This document shows, one piece after another, positions 33,113 to 36,255 of a stretch of 36,255 nt of DNA. The stretch's first letter is position 1; each line of letters opens with the position of its first letter. The stretch lies in the NCBI GenBank assembly GCA_943704415.1, contig CALSCO010001275.1, positions 1 to 36,255 of the forward strand, in the 5' to 3' direction. This stretch comes from Parvularia atlantis. Taxonomy: Eukaryota. A program made the position numbers and the translations under genes. The notes under the pieces are model-generated. The model searched no databases. It was not told where the DNA came from and was given only the letters and a program-made list of their open reading frames with translations.

Positions 33113-35744
33113 ATGGCGGCGGTGCGGACGCCACGTGCCGCCGACGTCGACCTGCGCGGCCTCGCGCGCCGCTTCAACGCGTTCATGCAGCTGCGCGACG
33201 TGTCGCGGGCACAGACGACACGTGCGTTTCTGTGCCTTGCATCGCCCGCCGTGCGCATCGCAGGGGGGGAAAAAGCCGCTGACCCGATCGCGCGCGCCAG
33301 TGCTCCGCCTTGAGGTCTGCCCCGAGCATCTGGGCTTCGCGGCGCTGGCGCGGCAGTACTTTGAGCCGGCGGGGCTGCACGCCGGCGTGTTCAGCTTTCA
33401 CCCGACCAGCAACACGACCGTGCTGCGCCACAGCAACGACGAGCTTGAGGCGATGATCGAGGGCCTGCGACGGATGGGTGCGGCGCCGCGTTCGAGATGG
33501 CGCCCGGACGGCGCGCTCACGTTCACGCGCCTTCGCGAGCGCAGGCATCAGCCACCGCGTGCACCGGCAGCAGCGCAGCTACATCTTCAGCCAGCAGGGT
33601 AAGCGCTTCCAGGCTGTGAAGGAGCTGAGCAGGACCGAGATGGGCGAGCTCGACCGGCTCGGCGCCAACCTCGTCGTCTGCCCCGGCTCGACCCTCGACA
33701 TCTTCATCAACGCCACGCGCCTGTTCAAGGGCAAGGGCCAGATCGACACGCTCGCGCGGCCCTCGATGCAGCGCAGCATCTACTCGGGACAGAAGAGCCA
33801 GCAGCGCCTGTACATCCTCATGCAGGAGCTCGAGCAGGTGCGCGCGGCGCCCTGCGACTGCGCGCGCGCGCGCGCCGTGCTCAGTCGGCCGCAGGAGGAG
33901 CTCGCCAAGCTCGGCCACGTGCTGTCGGCTTGGCCCGCCGGCGCGCGCCAGAACGAGATGATGATGAGCGAGGAGATCCGCCACCGCAACAGCGCGGCCG
34001 AGCGCTTGTACGCGCGCCACGTGCTCTCGACCGAAAACCTGCGCCGCCTCGACTTGCACATGAACGTACACGCGCGCGTGCTGCAGAACCTGAGTGCGTC
34101 TCCGGTGCACCGCCCCGACGCGCCGCTGATGCCGCCTGCCCGCCCGCACGGCAGTCTGGTCGGTCATGAAGACGCACATCCAGGCCGAGCCGATGAACCG
34201 CTACGCACTGCTGCAGCGCGGGCCGTGGGTGCTGCACACGGTCCTGGCCGAGAACGTGCTGCGGCTGATGATGGAGTGGTGCGAGCGGCGCAAGGTCGCC
34301 TTCCAGGAGCACGTGGCGCAGCTGTTTGTGAACGGTGCGTGCGCTCGCACACGCTCGCCGCTCCGTTGTGGCTGACGCCCGCGTGTGCGCCACAGCCCTG
34401 CGCCGGCCCAAGAGTGAGCGCATCAACCTGCTGCACTTTGACCGCATCGTGCTCCCGCTCGACGACGAGGGCGACGCTGAGCGGCACAACCTGCGCTCGG
34501 CCGGGCGCTCGTCCGTCGTCGTGCGCCTGCGCAACGTGCCCCTGCTCATGACCAGCCACGAGATCACGCAGCTCCTGCGCCAGCACGGCATCACGCCCGA
34601 CCAGATGCGCTTCAAGGGCTACCGGCCCGACGCCAAGGCGCGCGTCGTGCTTGTGCAGATTCCCGTGGCCGACGTCAACAAGGTGTTCAAGGTGCGCCAC
34701 GGCACGATGCGCATCAGCTTCACGTCGAGCGAGCGGCTTTACCCGGGCCACTATGAGAAGAAGCTGCCGCGCCTGTCGTCGGCGAGCAGCCCGCAGGGCG
34801 ACATGAGCAAGCGCGACGAGGCCATGTACGGCGGGCGGGCCAACGTCGTGTTTGTGGACAAGCGCACCGAGAGCGCGCGCCCCTCGCGCGCCCCGCCCAC
34901 GCTCGAGGAGATCAGCAACGACGGGGCGCGCTGGCTCATCTGCGACCTCTGGCTGCGGCGATACCGCCAGCTGACGCCGCTGACGGTGCCCGTGACCAAG
35001 TGGCGCGCGCATGCGATCCTGGTCGAGGCGGCGACGGGCGTGGCGGCGGTCGAGCGCCAGGACGAGGGTGACGTGTACACGCGCGCGTCACAGATGGCCG
35101 ACGACGACGACGACGAGAGCGACCCGCGGCGGAACGGCGACAACGAGCTGGACGACGACGACGGCGACGGCGACGACGATGACGATGACGAGGACGAGGA
35201 CGACGGCGACGAGGAAGACGATGATCAAGACGCGGACGCTGAGCAGGACGCGGACGGCGCAAACGGGGCGCGCGACCGCACATTCTCGCCGCCGCCGCAG
35301 CCCTACTCGACGCAGGACCTGTACATTGTGCCGGTGACGATGCTGCCGACGTCGGTCATGCCGTGGGAGCTCGTCTCGCTCGTGCGCCACGTGCCGCGGC
35401 CTGTGCACCAGCAGATCCCGATCGTCATCCGCCTGACCGAGGCCGGCGTGACGCGCCTGACCGCGTGCGAGAAGGACCGCACGCTCCGGCGCGAGCTGAC
35501 CAAGACCGACTGCGTCTTCGTGGCCGCGCCGACCCTCGCCCCGCTCGAGCCCGCCACGCCCGTGTTCCGCGGCGGCAAGGTCACGGCGGCGCAGCTGGTG
35601 GCGGAGCGCAGCGCGGGCGCGACCGTGCGGCCGGTCGGGGTCGAGCAGTCGGGCATGCCGATCGAGTACTGTCTGACGCGCTGGGGCTACGACCCGTTCA
35701 TGCCGCCGCTCACGCCGCCGCTGGGCACGCCCCTCGCATTGTAA
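33113..35744 (+). CDS. Hypothetical protein (~6 exons) with an RRM-like segment and a long Asp/Glu tract
   Basis: Five GTGCG...CAG introns join open frames with coding-type codon bias. [25 protein letters not shown] resembles an RRM beta1-alpha1; acidic tract ~35100-35250; stop TAA 35742-35744. Confidence 0.75.
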
Positions 35745-35784
35745 GATCATGTTGCACGGCACGAAAAACACAGGAACACACACT

Positions 35785-35786
35785 GA

Positions 35787-35816
<30 letters not shown>
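35785..35816. repeat. (GA)n / (CAGAGA)n microsatellite between convergent 3' ends
   Basis: Directly visible. Confidence 0.9.
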
Positions 35817-35817
<1 letters not shown>

Positions 35818-35828
35818 GAGCAGACGGC

Positions 35829-36192
35829 TCACGTGAACATGTAAAAGTCGCGTTTGGCGGCCTCGTTCTTGCACATCGCGTCAGTGCGAGCGAGCGTGCA
35901 GCACGGGGCGCGCACCGCAAACTCAGGCACAAAGTTGATCTGCTTGACCTCCTCAATGCCCTCCGTCAGCTTGGGCTCCTGGAACTTGTTCTGGTACATG
36001 TTGTACGCGATGTCCTGAGCGCCGCACGTGAGCCGCGGCACGGCGTCACGCGACCGCGGCACGCACGGGGATGCGCCGCAGCCCGGTCGTGCGCATGCGG
36101 TGGTAGTTCATGTGCGTCGCGAGCTCGCGCGAGACGTTCATCTTGAACACGCGCACCTTGTACCCGCGCTGCTTGGCCTGCGCGATGAACGG
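35829..36192 (-). CDS. PNKP: Polynucleotide kinase 3'-phosphatase (PNKP) C-terminal kinase end, 5' part outside window
   Basis: PFIAQAK...VRVFKMNVSRELATHMNYHR...RRIP|DIAYNMYQNKFQEPKLTEGIEEVKQINFVPEF matches the PNKP C-terminus. Confidence 0.82.
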
Positions 36193-36255
36193 CTGCGCGC
36201 GCGTGTGTGTGTGTGTGCTCGGCGGTGGGCAGAGAAGCGGTGCGCGAGGTGGGGG

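Overview
This is a very GC-rich, extremely compact eukaryotic (protist-like) nuclear region, not prokaryotic DNA. I read about 21 protein-coding genes broken by roughly a hundred short spliceosomal introns (mostly ~45-70 nt; donor usually GTGCG, branch usually CTGAC/CTCAC, acceptor mostly CAG). The six-frame ORF track therefore shows mostly fragments and shadow ORFs, and the gene models here were spliced by hand. Gene order: PGAP1 (5' partial), REC114-like, isoaspartyl peptidase/asparaginase, TAF6, POMP/UMP1, Rab escort protein, RFWD3, SDR, citrate synthase, UBA-RING-Bbox-Bbox-CC-NHL (TRIM-like), Spo12-like, mitochondrial oxodicarboxylate carrier, secreted beta-lactamase-family hydrolase, orphan, RapGAP, RNF121/175-like, EFM7/NNT1, Tam-like methyltransferase (spanning an assembly gap), GPN2, orphan with RRM-like segment, PNKP (5' partial). 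The most notable observations are: a TRIM-NHL-type E3 with a cryptic spliced N-terminal UBA domain; a bacterial-type SxxK hydrolase carrying introns; an unusually long citrate-synthase intron that can fold into a nested hairpin; near-zero intergenic spacing (24-nt tandem gap, shared CTAG stops, 24-46 bp divergent starts), suggesting polycistronic or overlapping transcription; a perfect 160-bp gene-fragment duplication; and REC114 with a minisatellite filling its upstream region. All family calls come from motif recognition by eye; no database searches were run and the organism cannot be named.
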